Shown here in pieces: positions 47,705 through 55,516 of a stretch of DNA of 64,000 nucleotides (its first letter is position 1; each line of letters starts with the position of its first letter). Made by a program: the position numbers and the translations under genes. Where the stretch lies: NCBI GenBank assembly GCA_041576165.1, contig JBFGLM010000017.1:24807-88806 (forward strand), given 5' to 3'. The notes beneath the pieces are model-generated. The model worked only from the letters and a program-made list of their open reading frames with translations. It made no database searches and had not been told where the DNA came from. The stretch comes from Acidimicrobiia bacterium (GTDB taxonomy: Bacteria; Actinomycetota; Acidimicrobiia; Spongiisociales; Spongiisociaceae).

Positions 47705-49513
47705 TCAGGTTTCTATACCCACGAGCGGTTCCGCTCGCTCCAGCCGCTGGCCCCCGCCGAGCACCGGCGCGAAGAGGTCCCCGTATCGGGCCAGGCGGTC
47801 CCAGATGGTCTCGATTGTGTATTGCTCCGGCGTCACCGATCCGATCTCGTCCCATAGGATCGGGGTCGAGACGGTTGCGGTGGGGGTCGGTCGAACCGAG
47901 TACACCGAGGCAATGGTTTTGCCGGCTACGTTCTGATTGTGATCGATGAAGACCTTGCCCTTGCGCTTCGGTATGTCCCACTCCATCGTGGTCTCATCCG
48001 GGTTGGCTGCGACCAGCAACCGACCCATCGCTTCGACGAATCCCCGTACTCGCGCATACGAGTAGATCGGATCGAGCGGCACGTAGACATGGAGGCCGGT
48101 GGCGCCCGAGGTCTTCACATAGCCGGTCAGACCAACCTGGTCGAGTGCCACCCGCAACAGCTGGGCGACTGCACATACCTGGTCCCAGGTAGCTCCCTCC
48201 GCCGGGTCGAGGTCGAAGATCGCGAAATCGGGGTGCTCCAACGTCGATATGCGGGACAGCCACGGGTGGATCTCGATGCAACCCATTGACGCCAGCCACA
48301 TGAGGGATTCGGCGTCGCGGGCGGTGACGAAATCAATCGCGTCGCCGCGGTGCACGGAGTGGATCGAGGCCAGCGGCATCCAGTCCGGCTGGTGCCCGGG
48401 CGCCTGTTTTTCATAGAAGAATCCGCCTGCGGCGCCGTCGGGAAATCGGGCCATGACGATCGCCCGGTCCTCGAGGTGGGGTATCAATACGGACGCCACC
48501 GACGCGTAGTACTGGATGAGATCTCCCTTGGTGTATCCAGTCTCGGGAAAGAATGTCTTGTCGATGTTCGACAGGCGGAGCTTGCGGACGAAGCCGAGCG
48601 GAACGAAGCGTTCGCCGTCGGCCGTGACGGCGATCCGGTCGGGAAACTCCACCCCGCCGGACGCCAGCAGCCGTCCCTCCCGGGCGGGCGGTTCGAGATC
48701 ATTGAGCGTGGCGGCGATCTCGTCTTGGATGGCGTCGTGGCTGGACGCCTCCCGGGCCTCGGAGATGATGGTCATGCGGAGTCCGGCAGCCCGGGCGGCT
48801 GCAACCAGCGGGCCCACGCGGAGCGAACCCTCTCCGTATTTGACGTGGCGGATCTCGCCGCTGTCCCCGAAAGCGTTGTCAGTGAACTGGGTATGGAGCG
48901 GGTCCAGCATCCAGCCGGGGAACTCGGAGCGGAGGAACTCGATTACCGCCGCGAACGCTTCCTGGCTGGTCAGGCCCCCGTTGGACATGGCGTGCACGTG
49001 CGCCCAGTCCACTACGGGGCGGACGAACGGGTACTCGGACGCCAACAATGCGATGTCGCCCAGGCTGCCGAACGCCGACGTCTTGCCGGCTGTCTCCAAG
49101 CCCAGCCCCACGCCCAAATGGCCGATCTTCGATCCGATCCAGTCGAGGTGGCGCCGGATCCGATCGAGCAGTTCGGCCGGCTCTTCATCGTGGGTGCTGC
49201 CCAGGTGGGCGACGATCACCCGGGCACCCAGCTCGGCCCCGAGTTTTACGCTGTGCTCGAGGGCGGCCCGACACTGCCTGGCCCGATCCTCTTCCTGGAC
49301 CGTGAGCACCGCGAAATAGGGCGCATGTAACGAGAGTTGAACATGCCGGGCGGCGGCCGCTTCACCAAAAACGGCGCACCGGCGCTCCTTCCACGGGAAA
49401 TCCTTTACGAACGCCAACTCGTAGGCCTGATGCCCGCGCGCCAGCAATCCGTCGAGGAAGCCCTCGTCGGAGACGCCATCTGGCGGCAGGCCCGAGATCC
49501 CGAATCGGATCAT
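47705..49513 (-). CDS. Fusion of endonuclease IV-like TIM barrel and LigD-type primase-polymerase (PolDom)
   Basis: N-terminal: HAPY, AHLG, LETAGK, DWAH, LH.QF.D, EIRH, ISE. C-terminal: LSNIDK.FFP, TKGDLI.YY, RFPDG, FDLDP, KTSG..GLH, FIDHNQN, YSVR. Single uninterrupted ORF. Confidence 0.9.
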   Translation of the reverse strand: MIRFGISGLPPDGVSDEGFLDGLLARGHQAYELAFVKDFPWKERRCAVFGEAAAARHVQLSLHAPYFAVLTVQEEDRARQCRAALEHSVKLGAELGARVIVAHLGSTHDEEPAELLDRIRRHLDWIGSKIGHLGVGLGLETAGKTSAFGSLGDIALLASEYPFVRPVVDWAHVHAMSNGGLTSQEAFAAVIEFLRSEFPGWMLDPLHTQFTDNAFGDSGEIRHVKYGEGSLRVGPLVAAARAAGLRMTIISEAREASSHDAIQDEIAATLNDLEPPAREGRLLASGGVEFPDRIAVTADGERFVPLGFVRKLRLSNIDKTFFPETGYTKGDLIQYYASVASVLIPHLEDRAIVMARFPDGAAGGFFYEKQAPGHQPDWMPLASIHSVHRGDAIDFVTARDAESLMWLASMGCIEIHPWLSRISTLEHPDFAIFDLDPAEGATWDQVCAVAQLLRVALDQVGLTGYVKTSGATGLHVYVPLDPIYSYARVRGFVEAMGRLLVAANPDETTMEWDIPKRKGKVFIDHNQNVAGKTIASVYSVRPTPTATVSTPILWDEIGSVTPEQYTIETIWDRLARYGDLFAPVLGGGQRLERAEPLVGIET

Positions 49514-49590
49514 GGAATGGAGGTTATCTGTCCCGGACGGCTGGTCGATACCCGGTCCCATCGGGTCGGGATCGGTGCTACCTTCCCGTC

Positions 49591-49663
49591 GGGCCTGTAG
49601 CTCAATCGGTAGAGCAGCGGACTTTTAATCCGAAGGTCGTGGGTTCGATTCCCACCGGGCCCA
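49591..49663 (+). tRNA. tRNA-Lys (anticodon TTT)
   Basis: GGGCCTG/CGGGCCC acceptor stem, GCTC/GAGC D arm, CTTTTAA loop, GTGGG-TTCGATT-CCCAC T arm; CCA not encoded. Confidence 0.96.
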
Positions 49664-49685
49664 CGCCCACCACCGGGCCCACGCC
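49652..49685 (+). repeat. Direct duplication of the tRNA 3' end
   Basis: CCACCGGGCCCACGCC at 49652-49667 and 49670-49685. Confidence 0.85.
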
Positions 49686-49699
49686 GCAATCGCCTCTTG

Positions 49700-49882
49700 T
49701 TAGGTAACTCCACGACCTCCGGTCCGCGTTTGGTCCGCGAGACTGGTTTCACGTGCTGCGTCGAGCCGGGCAGCAAGGTCCTCGAGATCCTCCGGAAAGA
49801 GATGTCCGTAGCGATCGAAGGTGACCTGAATCGAAGAATGACCGAGGTGGGCCTGGATCGCTTTGGGGGAGGCACCCTTGGC
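49700..49882 (-). pseudogene. Tyrosine integrase C-terminal remnant
   Basis: Hand translation AKGASPKAIQAHLGHSSIQVTFDRYGHLFPEDLEDLAARLD...stop (box II LGH and catalytic Tyr); not in the ORF track. Confidence 0.88.
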
Positions 49883-49908
49883 CGCATCCTCACTGCGGAC
49901 GGGGCTGA

Positions 49909-49937
49909 CGGAGGGCCCGCCGGTTCGGGGCCCTCCG
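49909..49937 (-). terminator. Stem-loop after the solute-binding protein gene
   Basis: CGGAGGGCCC-n9-GGGCCCTCCG. Confidence 0.55.
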
Positions 49938-49959
49938 CGACCCGCGAGAGCTCGGGAGG

Positions 49960-51225
49960 TCAGCTTGGCCAGGAGTCGTCGATGTCCTCCAGCACCTCGG
50001 GGAGGGTCTTGGCAGCGTCCACTAGGTCGACGATTCCCTGCCAGAACGTACCGGCGCCCACCTCGGGGGGCATCAGATCAGAACCGTCGAAGCGGTACTG
50101 GCCGGCCAGCAGCGCCGCCTGGACGATCTCGGCGAACGACCGGGTCAGCTCATCGGTGTACCGCTTAGTGTCGAAGCGCACGTTCGGCAGCAGCCATCCA
50201 CCTACCTCCGCCAGGGCCTCACGGCCGAAGCGCTGGCTCAGCATGTAGCGGACCAGCAGCCGGACCTCCTCACGCTCGTTCAGCGCCGCCACGTAGACAC
50301 CGCCACCGAGCACGGAGTCGCCAAACTCCTGGTTGACGGACGGGAACTTGAAGGTCGAGAACTCGCCGAGGTCGAAGCCGAACCCCTGGATGAAGGCGGC
50401 GAAGAAGCTGGCCTGTTTGTGCATCAGACAGTCGCCGAATGCCAAGGGAAAGACGTTTTCGAAGAACGGCCACAACGTCATCAAGGACCGTTGGAACACG
50501 TAGCCGGCGGCGTCGATCATGAACTGGAATCTCTCGAACGCCACCCGCACCCTGGGATCCTGGAAGACGACGGTGTGGTCCACCCACTCGTCGTACACCA
50601 CTGGCCCCTCGGCGCCGAGCAGCAGGTCCTCCACCCAGTCGGTGCCCATCCAGCCGGTGGCTGGACCCGACTCGATCCAGTTGCACCACGGCACCTGCCC
50701 GTTGGCCACCATCTGGTCGCTCAATGCCACCAGCTCGTCGAAGCTCTGCGGGACGTCGTACCCCTCCGCCTCGAACACCGCCGGCCGGTACCAGACGAGG
50801 CTCTTCAGGTCGACCTTGATCGGCGCACCCGCCACCACGCCGTCGACGCTCGCCAGGTCGATGAGGTACTCGCCGAAGTCGCGGTTCATGATGTTGGGGT
50901 TGACGAACCCACTCAGGTCGACCAGATGCGGGGCCAGCTCGCGGATCGTCCCCGGCTGCGGCGACAGGATGAGATCGGGCGGCTCCGGGCCTGTCACCAG
51001 GTCAAACAGGTCCTCAACGGGGCCGTAGGTCTCGTAGATGATCGGGACCCCTTGCTGCGCCGTGAATACCGCCAGCTCGGCGGCGAGAGCATCGCCTTCG
51101 GGCGTGCCTAACTGAAAAGGCCCAACCACTGTGACCGGCTCCGGCGTGGGAGCCATACCGGCAGCCGGGGCCGCAACCGCCCCCAGCAAGGTTGCGGCGA
51201 CCAGGACTGTCAGGTGTCTTCGCAT
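49960..51225 (-). CDS. Orphan sugar ABC substrate-binding protein (AglE-like)
   Basis: Signal peptide, PQPG, KSLVWY, PWC..IESG.ATGW.GTDW.ED, RFDGSDLMP.EVG.GTFW; AAGGAGG RBS. Confidence 0.88.
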   Translation of the reverse strand: MRRHLTVLVAATLLGAVAAPAAGMAPTPEPVTVVGPFQLGTPEGDALAAELAVFTAQQGVPIIYETYGPVEDLFDLVTGPEPPDLILSPQPGTIRELAPHLVDLSGFVNPNIMNRDFGEYLIDLASVDGVVAGAPIKVDLKSLVWYRPAVFEAEGYDVPQSFDELVALSDQMVANGQVPWCNWIESGPATGWMGTDWVEDLLLGAEGPVVYDEWVDHTVVFQDPRVRVAFERFQFMIDAAGYVFQRSLMTLWPFFENVFPLAFGDCLMHKQASFFAAFIQGFGFDLGEFSTFKFPSVNQEFGDSVLGGGVYVAALNEREEVRLLVRYMLSQRFGREALAEVGGWLLPNVRFDTKRYTDELTRSFAEIVQAALLAGQYRFDGSDLMPPEVGAGTFWQGIVDLVDAAKTLPEVLEDIDDSWPS

Positions 51226-51263
51226 GAGCGCCTCCTTTCACACAGTGAAAACCGGGCACGCCA

Positions 51264-51289
51264 AACGGATTGACAAATGCTGCGTTCCC
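51264..51289 (-). promoter_or_regulatory. ECF-sigma-type promoter
   Basis: GGGAAC-16 nt-CGTT upstream of the SBP gene. Confidence 0.5.
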
Positions 51290-51929
51290 ACCTTCCAACC
51301 CCTCAAGGGTCAGCACTACCACCATGGTGGCGCCCGTAGCAGGGTCAAAGGCCCTTACTCCGGGCCTGACACAACCGGGCAGGCGCTGCACGCGTTCTTC
51401 TCCGCGTTCACCACGGCTGACGCCGCGTTCAGGAGGACATGGGTGCGCCACGCGGAAGGCAGGCTTCGAAACGCTCCTAGAGCACCCCAACTGCTCTCGT
51501 ATCAGAACGTCGACCGCAGCATCGAGCGGGACGCCACGGTTACGGTGATCCGTCGGACAATCGAAATCTCTCTGTCCCGCTCGGTTAGGTCCGTTGCCGA
51601 AGCCAAGCCGATCACCCTAATTGGGGTACGAGAACGCACGCATCGGCGCGGTCGAGGAGCATTTGGAAGAGGTCGACGCGGTGGTCGTGACGGTGTATGG
51701 CGGCGTGGTGTCGCTAGGCCGCGAGTACCGGCTGACCACGGCGTGGGCCCTTCAACACCGCAAACAGTCGGTAGGTGGCCGCCGCGTCGGATCGTTTCCC
51801 GTCGCCATACACCGACCGGTGATTGCCACCGTCACGATCTGATAGGCCAGAATCCGGTCAGACGCTGCCCGCGCCAGCTAGCACTCCTAATCCGAAGGTC
51901 GTTGGGGTTTGACCGGTCTAGGCCATGGC

Positions 51930-52572
51930 CTAAGCCCGTGCACCAATCACGTGGGCAACCGGGGCGACGAATTCGACCTTGGTTCCATTTGTCTCGATCC
52001 GATAACCTCGCTCGTGGACGAACCGGTGGTGGCGGCGGCACAAAAGGATGAGGTTGATGAGCGCTGTGAGGCCGCCGTCGACCCAGTGGATGATGTGGTG
52101 GGCGTCACACCACGAGGGCGGCCTGGCCCCAGTAATCAATCACCTGCCGCAGCTCACGTACCGTCAGCGTCCGCGCCGCCTCCACCAAGGTTTCCTCATG
52201 CTCCCGGAACAGCTCCGGGTCGGTCTCCGCCGCAGTGGCCAGCAACCGCACCTGTGAATACGACACCTCCCCTGCCGCCAACGCCGCCCCGGTCAGCGGC
52301 ATCAATTCGAGACGCCGAGCCACCCGCACCTTCTCCCGCGCCGTCGACCCGGCCAGCCCACACGACCCCACCAACAACGCCGTGGTCGACAGCACACCCC
52401 GAGCAGCAAACGACTGGCGGCGGTCCACCTCCGCCACCCGCCGCAAGAACTGGGCCTCCAACCCATCCAGCGCCCGGCGGATCTCTACAAGATCCGCCTC
52501 CAACACATCATCGGGCACCTCTGCGAGGTCCTCGGTGCACAACTCGTCGATCACCGACACCAACCCGGGCAT
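51930..52572 (-). pseudogene. DUF222/HNH endonuclease (13E12-repeat-like), internally deleted and out of frame
   Basis: DUF222-like N-terminus from ATG 52572 (VRVARRL...A.GEVS..QV) stops at 52105; HNH C-terminus (WCDAHHIIHWVDGG.T...NL.LLC..HH..VH) is in another frame, 52125-51930. Confidence 0.85.
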
Positions 52573-52708
52573 CACCACCACCTCCAAAAGGCACCGCATC
52601 ACATCGTCAGCCCTCCAGAGACGGCCCCTAGTGCGGATCCCCATGCGCCCGGACCCCCGACAACCCCGGTGCGCACATAACCCGGCACACCAGCCAACCG
52701 CCAACCTC

Positions 52709-52730
52709 ATTATATCGAACACATGTTCGA
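52709..52730 (-). promoter_or_regulatory. LexA (SOS) box abutting a TATAAT -10
   Basis: TCGAAC-ACAT-GTTCGA at 52715-52730; TATAAT on the minus strand at 52714-52709. Confidence 0.88.
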
Positions 52731-52968
52731 TCCACAATGGCCCTGGGTCGGACCGAACTCAGCGCCCCAGCCGAGTTGCTTCCGGTGACATCACCTCGCC
52801 CCGACGGCCGCCACCTGCTGGTCTCCGTAGACTTCGGTGCCCGGGTCCACACACTGGATGTCGACGAGTTGCTCGACCTGGCCCGCGGCCGGCTGCTGTG
52901 GGGTGGACGCCCGAAGAGTGCGTCCAGTTCCTCGGAACAGAAAACCTGTCCGGAGCGGTGAGCGGTCC

Positions 52969-53973
52969 TCAGTTCGCGACGTAGGCGGCCAGGAAGTCCT
53001 CCAGCCCGGGCGGATGGCCATCCCGCATCAGGGTCGCGACGTCGTCGGGGACCTCGTCGCGCCGATTCTCCGACACCGATTCGTGGTAAATCGGATGGAT
53101 CCAGCGCGGCCGTGGGGATTGCGCCACTTTGCGGGCGATGACGATGTTGGTGTCGCCGTGCAGCGCCGGGTCGGGCATCGGGAGGTGGGCCTGGACCCAC
53201 GCACGGGCCTTTCGCTTCACGGCTGCGGGCCCGTACACGTTCACCGTCGCTGCCCACGTCTCGAACCCATGGGCGGCGACCAGCATCTGCAGCTCGCGGG
53301 AGGCGTATTCCCGTTCGTGGCGGTTGCGGCGCACTCCGGCGATGTTGGCCATCGCGTACGGAGCGTGCCCGTGGGCGAGGTAGTACAACCCGAGCTCGCT
53401 GGCGATGTTGACCGTCGTGAGCAGCAGATAGCCACCGTCGACCAAACACCTGTTGATCTCATGCAGTGCCCGGGCCGGATCGGCGTTGAAGTGCTCGATC
53501 ACCTCCGAGAAGATCACCAACTGGTAGCGATCCAGGCCGGCCTGTTCGCCCCACTCGTCGATCTCCAGATCGACCTCCGGGCTCAGCTCCACCTTCGACA
53601 GCGGCGTACGCGCCTCGTACATGGCCTGCGTGAGAGCAATGCCCCCAACGTCGAGAGCGGCTCCGGTCACTCCCAAGCGGCGGATGATCTCGATCATGAA
53701 CGCGTATCGGCCGGCGTGAGTGGCGAAGTAGTGGGTGCCGCTGTCTTCGGGATGATCCCGTTCCCAGTCGAAGATCAGCTGTCGGGCGGCGGCGGCGTCG
53801 TAGAAGGTGACGAACGGCTTCGGAGCCGCCGGGGCGACCTCGGCCGGGTTGGCCAGTTTGGCCCGGCGGCGGTAGACGGCCCGTACCACGCGGTTGGCGA
53901 GGTTGCGCACTGCGGGGTTACGTTCCTCGGAGGTGAGGAATCGTTTCGCCCAACGCAAGAAGCCGACCATCAC
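52969..53973 (-). CDS. Class I SAM-dependent methyltransferase domain protein
   Basis: ALDVGG, FSEVIEHF..DP...L.EI.R.L..GG.LLLTT.N, H.REY. Confidence 0.8.
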   Translation of the reverse strand: MMVGFLRWAKRFLTSEERNPAVRNLANRVVRAVYRRRAKLANPAEVAPAAPKPFVTFYDAAAARQLIFDWERDHPEDSGTHYFATHAGRYAFMIEIIRRLGVTGAALDVGGIALTQAMYEARTPLSKVELSPEVDLEIDEWGEQAGLDRYQLVIFSEVIEHFNADPARALHEINRCLVDGGYLLLTTVNIASELGLYYLAHGHAPYAMANIAGVRRNRHEREYASRELQMLVAAHGFETWAATVNVYGPAAVKRKARAWVQAHLPMPDPALHGDTNIVIARKVAQSPRPRWIHPIYHESVSENRRDEVPDDVATLMRDGHPPGLEDFLAAYVAN

Positions 53974-54024
53974 ATCGAGCCAGAGTAACCGGGCCCTACC
54001 GGCCGGCGACGGGCCGGTCGGAAG

Positions 54025-54510
54025 TCAGCCGCTCAGATAGGCGGCCAGCAGCTCGCTGATGTAGCCCGAGCGGCTTTCGAAGCCCGCCTGCTTGGCCCAG
54101 TCCTCGAGGTGGTCGATCTCCGCGGGCGCCAGGTAGAAATACACGCCCTCGCGACCCTCCGGCGCCCGACGTGGGGCGAAGGGGGTGTCGTCGGCCGTCT
54201 CCGAGCGGACCTGGCCGCCGACACCGGTGAAGGCGTCGATCAGGATCTTGGTGTTGGTTTCGCCGGATTCTTCCGTACGAGACCGGAGCGCAGCGGCTAC
54301 CCCCCGGGTCACGGTGGCATGCACCCGCCGGCGCGGCGCCCGCCGGGTGGACGAACGAGGCTTGCCGGACTGTCGCCGGCGCGATTTGGCGGCGGATGGC
54401 GCGGGCGCCGCCGGCGGAGGCGGCTCCGGAGCCGCAGAACCGGCAGGAGCGTCGAAGCCGCTCACATCGAGACGCCTTTTGGGCTTGACGGAGAGTTTGC
54501 GGTCGGTCAC
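54025..54510 (-). CDS. Putative ribbon-helix-helix ParA partner protein
   Basis: Disordered basic N-terminus, then two strand-helix-helix segments (RVHATVT..VAAAL...; VYFYL...E...L...A......RS.YI..LL). Confidence 0.65.
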   Translation of the reverse strand: MTDRKLSVKPKRRLDVSGFDAPAGSAAPEPPPPAAPAPSAAKSRRRQSGKPRSSTRRAPRRRVHATVTRGVAAALRSRTEESGETNTKILIDAFTGVGGQVRSETADDTPFAPRRAPEGREGVYFYLAPAEIDHLEDWAKQAGFESRSGYISELLAAYLSG

Positions 54511-54524
54511 CGGAGCCTCCTACC

Positions 54525-55466
54525 TCATGCCCACGGGTCGGCCGCCAGCGGCATGTTCGTGTCTGCCGGCTCGGCTGCAAAGCACGCGAGGATGGCTTCC
54601 GACATCGCCATGTAGTCATCGGCGATGCCCTTGGCGGATTGGGATTTGGCGGGCCCGAGCCCCTTGAGCCGGTCGGCACCCTTACGCAGCATGGTGAGGC
54701 GCTCACGCCGGTCGGCGGCGGCGGCTTCCTCGTACTCGATCGCCACCAGTCCGTCTCGCCGCATGTCGCGGGCCGCCCTCGCCGACCGGCGAATGGGTGG
54801 GTCGAAGACGGTGACGCGTTCGCCGAACAGGTCGCGCAGGGTGTCGTGCACCTCCGCCCGGATCGAGGTCTCATTGGTGGCCAAATCGAAAAGAACGATC
54901 CCCAGCAACCGGAGCGCCGGGTTCACGCCGGACGATCGCAGCTCCCCGACCCGGGTGCCCATCAGTTCGAGCCCGTCTAGCGATCCTTCGTCGAATTTGA
55001 CCGGGATCACGAGCCCGGCAGAGGCGGCGAGCGCCAGGTCCGCCATGACGCTCGCACCGGACGGGGGGCAGTCGAAGAGGACGAGGTCGTAGCGCCTCGC
55101 GATAGGCGCGACAGTCCGTTCGAGGGCAGAGATCGTTCGAGGATCGTTGAACCGGCGATATCCAACCACCGCTTCCAGCTCCCGGGTGGCGCTTCCCGCA
55201 GGCACAACATCGAGGTTGGGGCGGATGCCCAGCAGGGGAGGAATCACGCCGGTCTCGTTCTGGATTGCGTAGAGGAGGGCCTTGCCCTCGTCGCCCTCGC
55301 CTCGCTGCCGGTAGCCCAGATCCATGCCCAGGTTGGCCTGCATGTCGACGTCGATGGCCAAGACCCTCCAGCCCGACGTAGCGGCGATGGCGGCCAGATT
55401 GGCGACCAGCGAGGTCTTGCCCACCCCGCCTTTCCCGTTGGCGATGGCTATCGCATTGTCGAGCAT
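54525..55466 (-). CDS. parA: ParA-family ATPase (no N-terminal HTH)
   Basis: Deviant Walker A NGKGGVGKT, VLAIDVDMQAN, YDLVLFDCPP. Confidence 0.9.
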   Translation of the reverse strand: MLDNAIAIANGKGGVGKTSLVANLAAIAATSGWRVLAIDVDMQANLGMDLGYRQRGEGDEGKALLYAIQNETGVIPPLLGIRPNLDVVPAGSATRELEAVVGYRRFNDPRTISALERTVAPIARRYDLVLFDCPPSGASVMADLALAASAGLVIPVKFDEGSLDGLELMGTRVGELRSSGVNPALRLLGIVLFDLATNETSIRAEVHDTLRDLFGERVTVFDPPIRRSARAARDMRRDGLVAIEYEEAAAADRRERLTMLRKGADRLKGLGPAKSQSAKGIADDYMAMSEAILACFAAEPADTNMPLAADPWA

Positions 55467-55516
55467 TCCGAGCTCCTGATTGCGGCTCGGCCCACCGGGC
55501 CGTCATGATCCCCGTG

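Larger units (their letters stand above)
49626..51912. mobile_element. Decayed tRNA-Lys-targeted integrative island
   Basis: Direct repeat TAATCCGAAGGTCGT at 49626-49640 and 51888-51902; integrase remnant beside the tRNA. Confidence 0.75.

Noticed and set aside
49697-50248. 183-aa plus-strand ORF after the tRNA
   Set aside because: It is the reverse complement of the integrase remnant and the SBP 3' end.
51131-52051. 306-aa plus-strand ORF in the island
   Set aside because: Overlaps genes at both ends, crosses the att repeat and has no recognisable family; may contain decayed fragments but cannot be supported.
52737-52961. 74-aa plus-strand ORF
   Set aside because: No RBS or motif I can recognise; not called as a gene.
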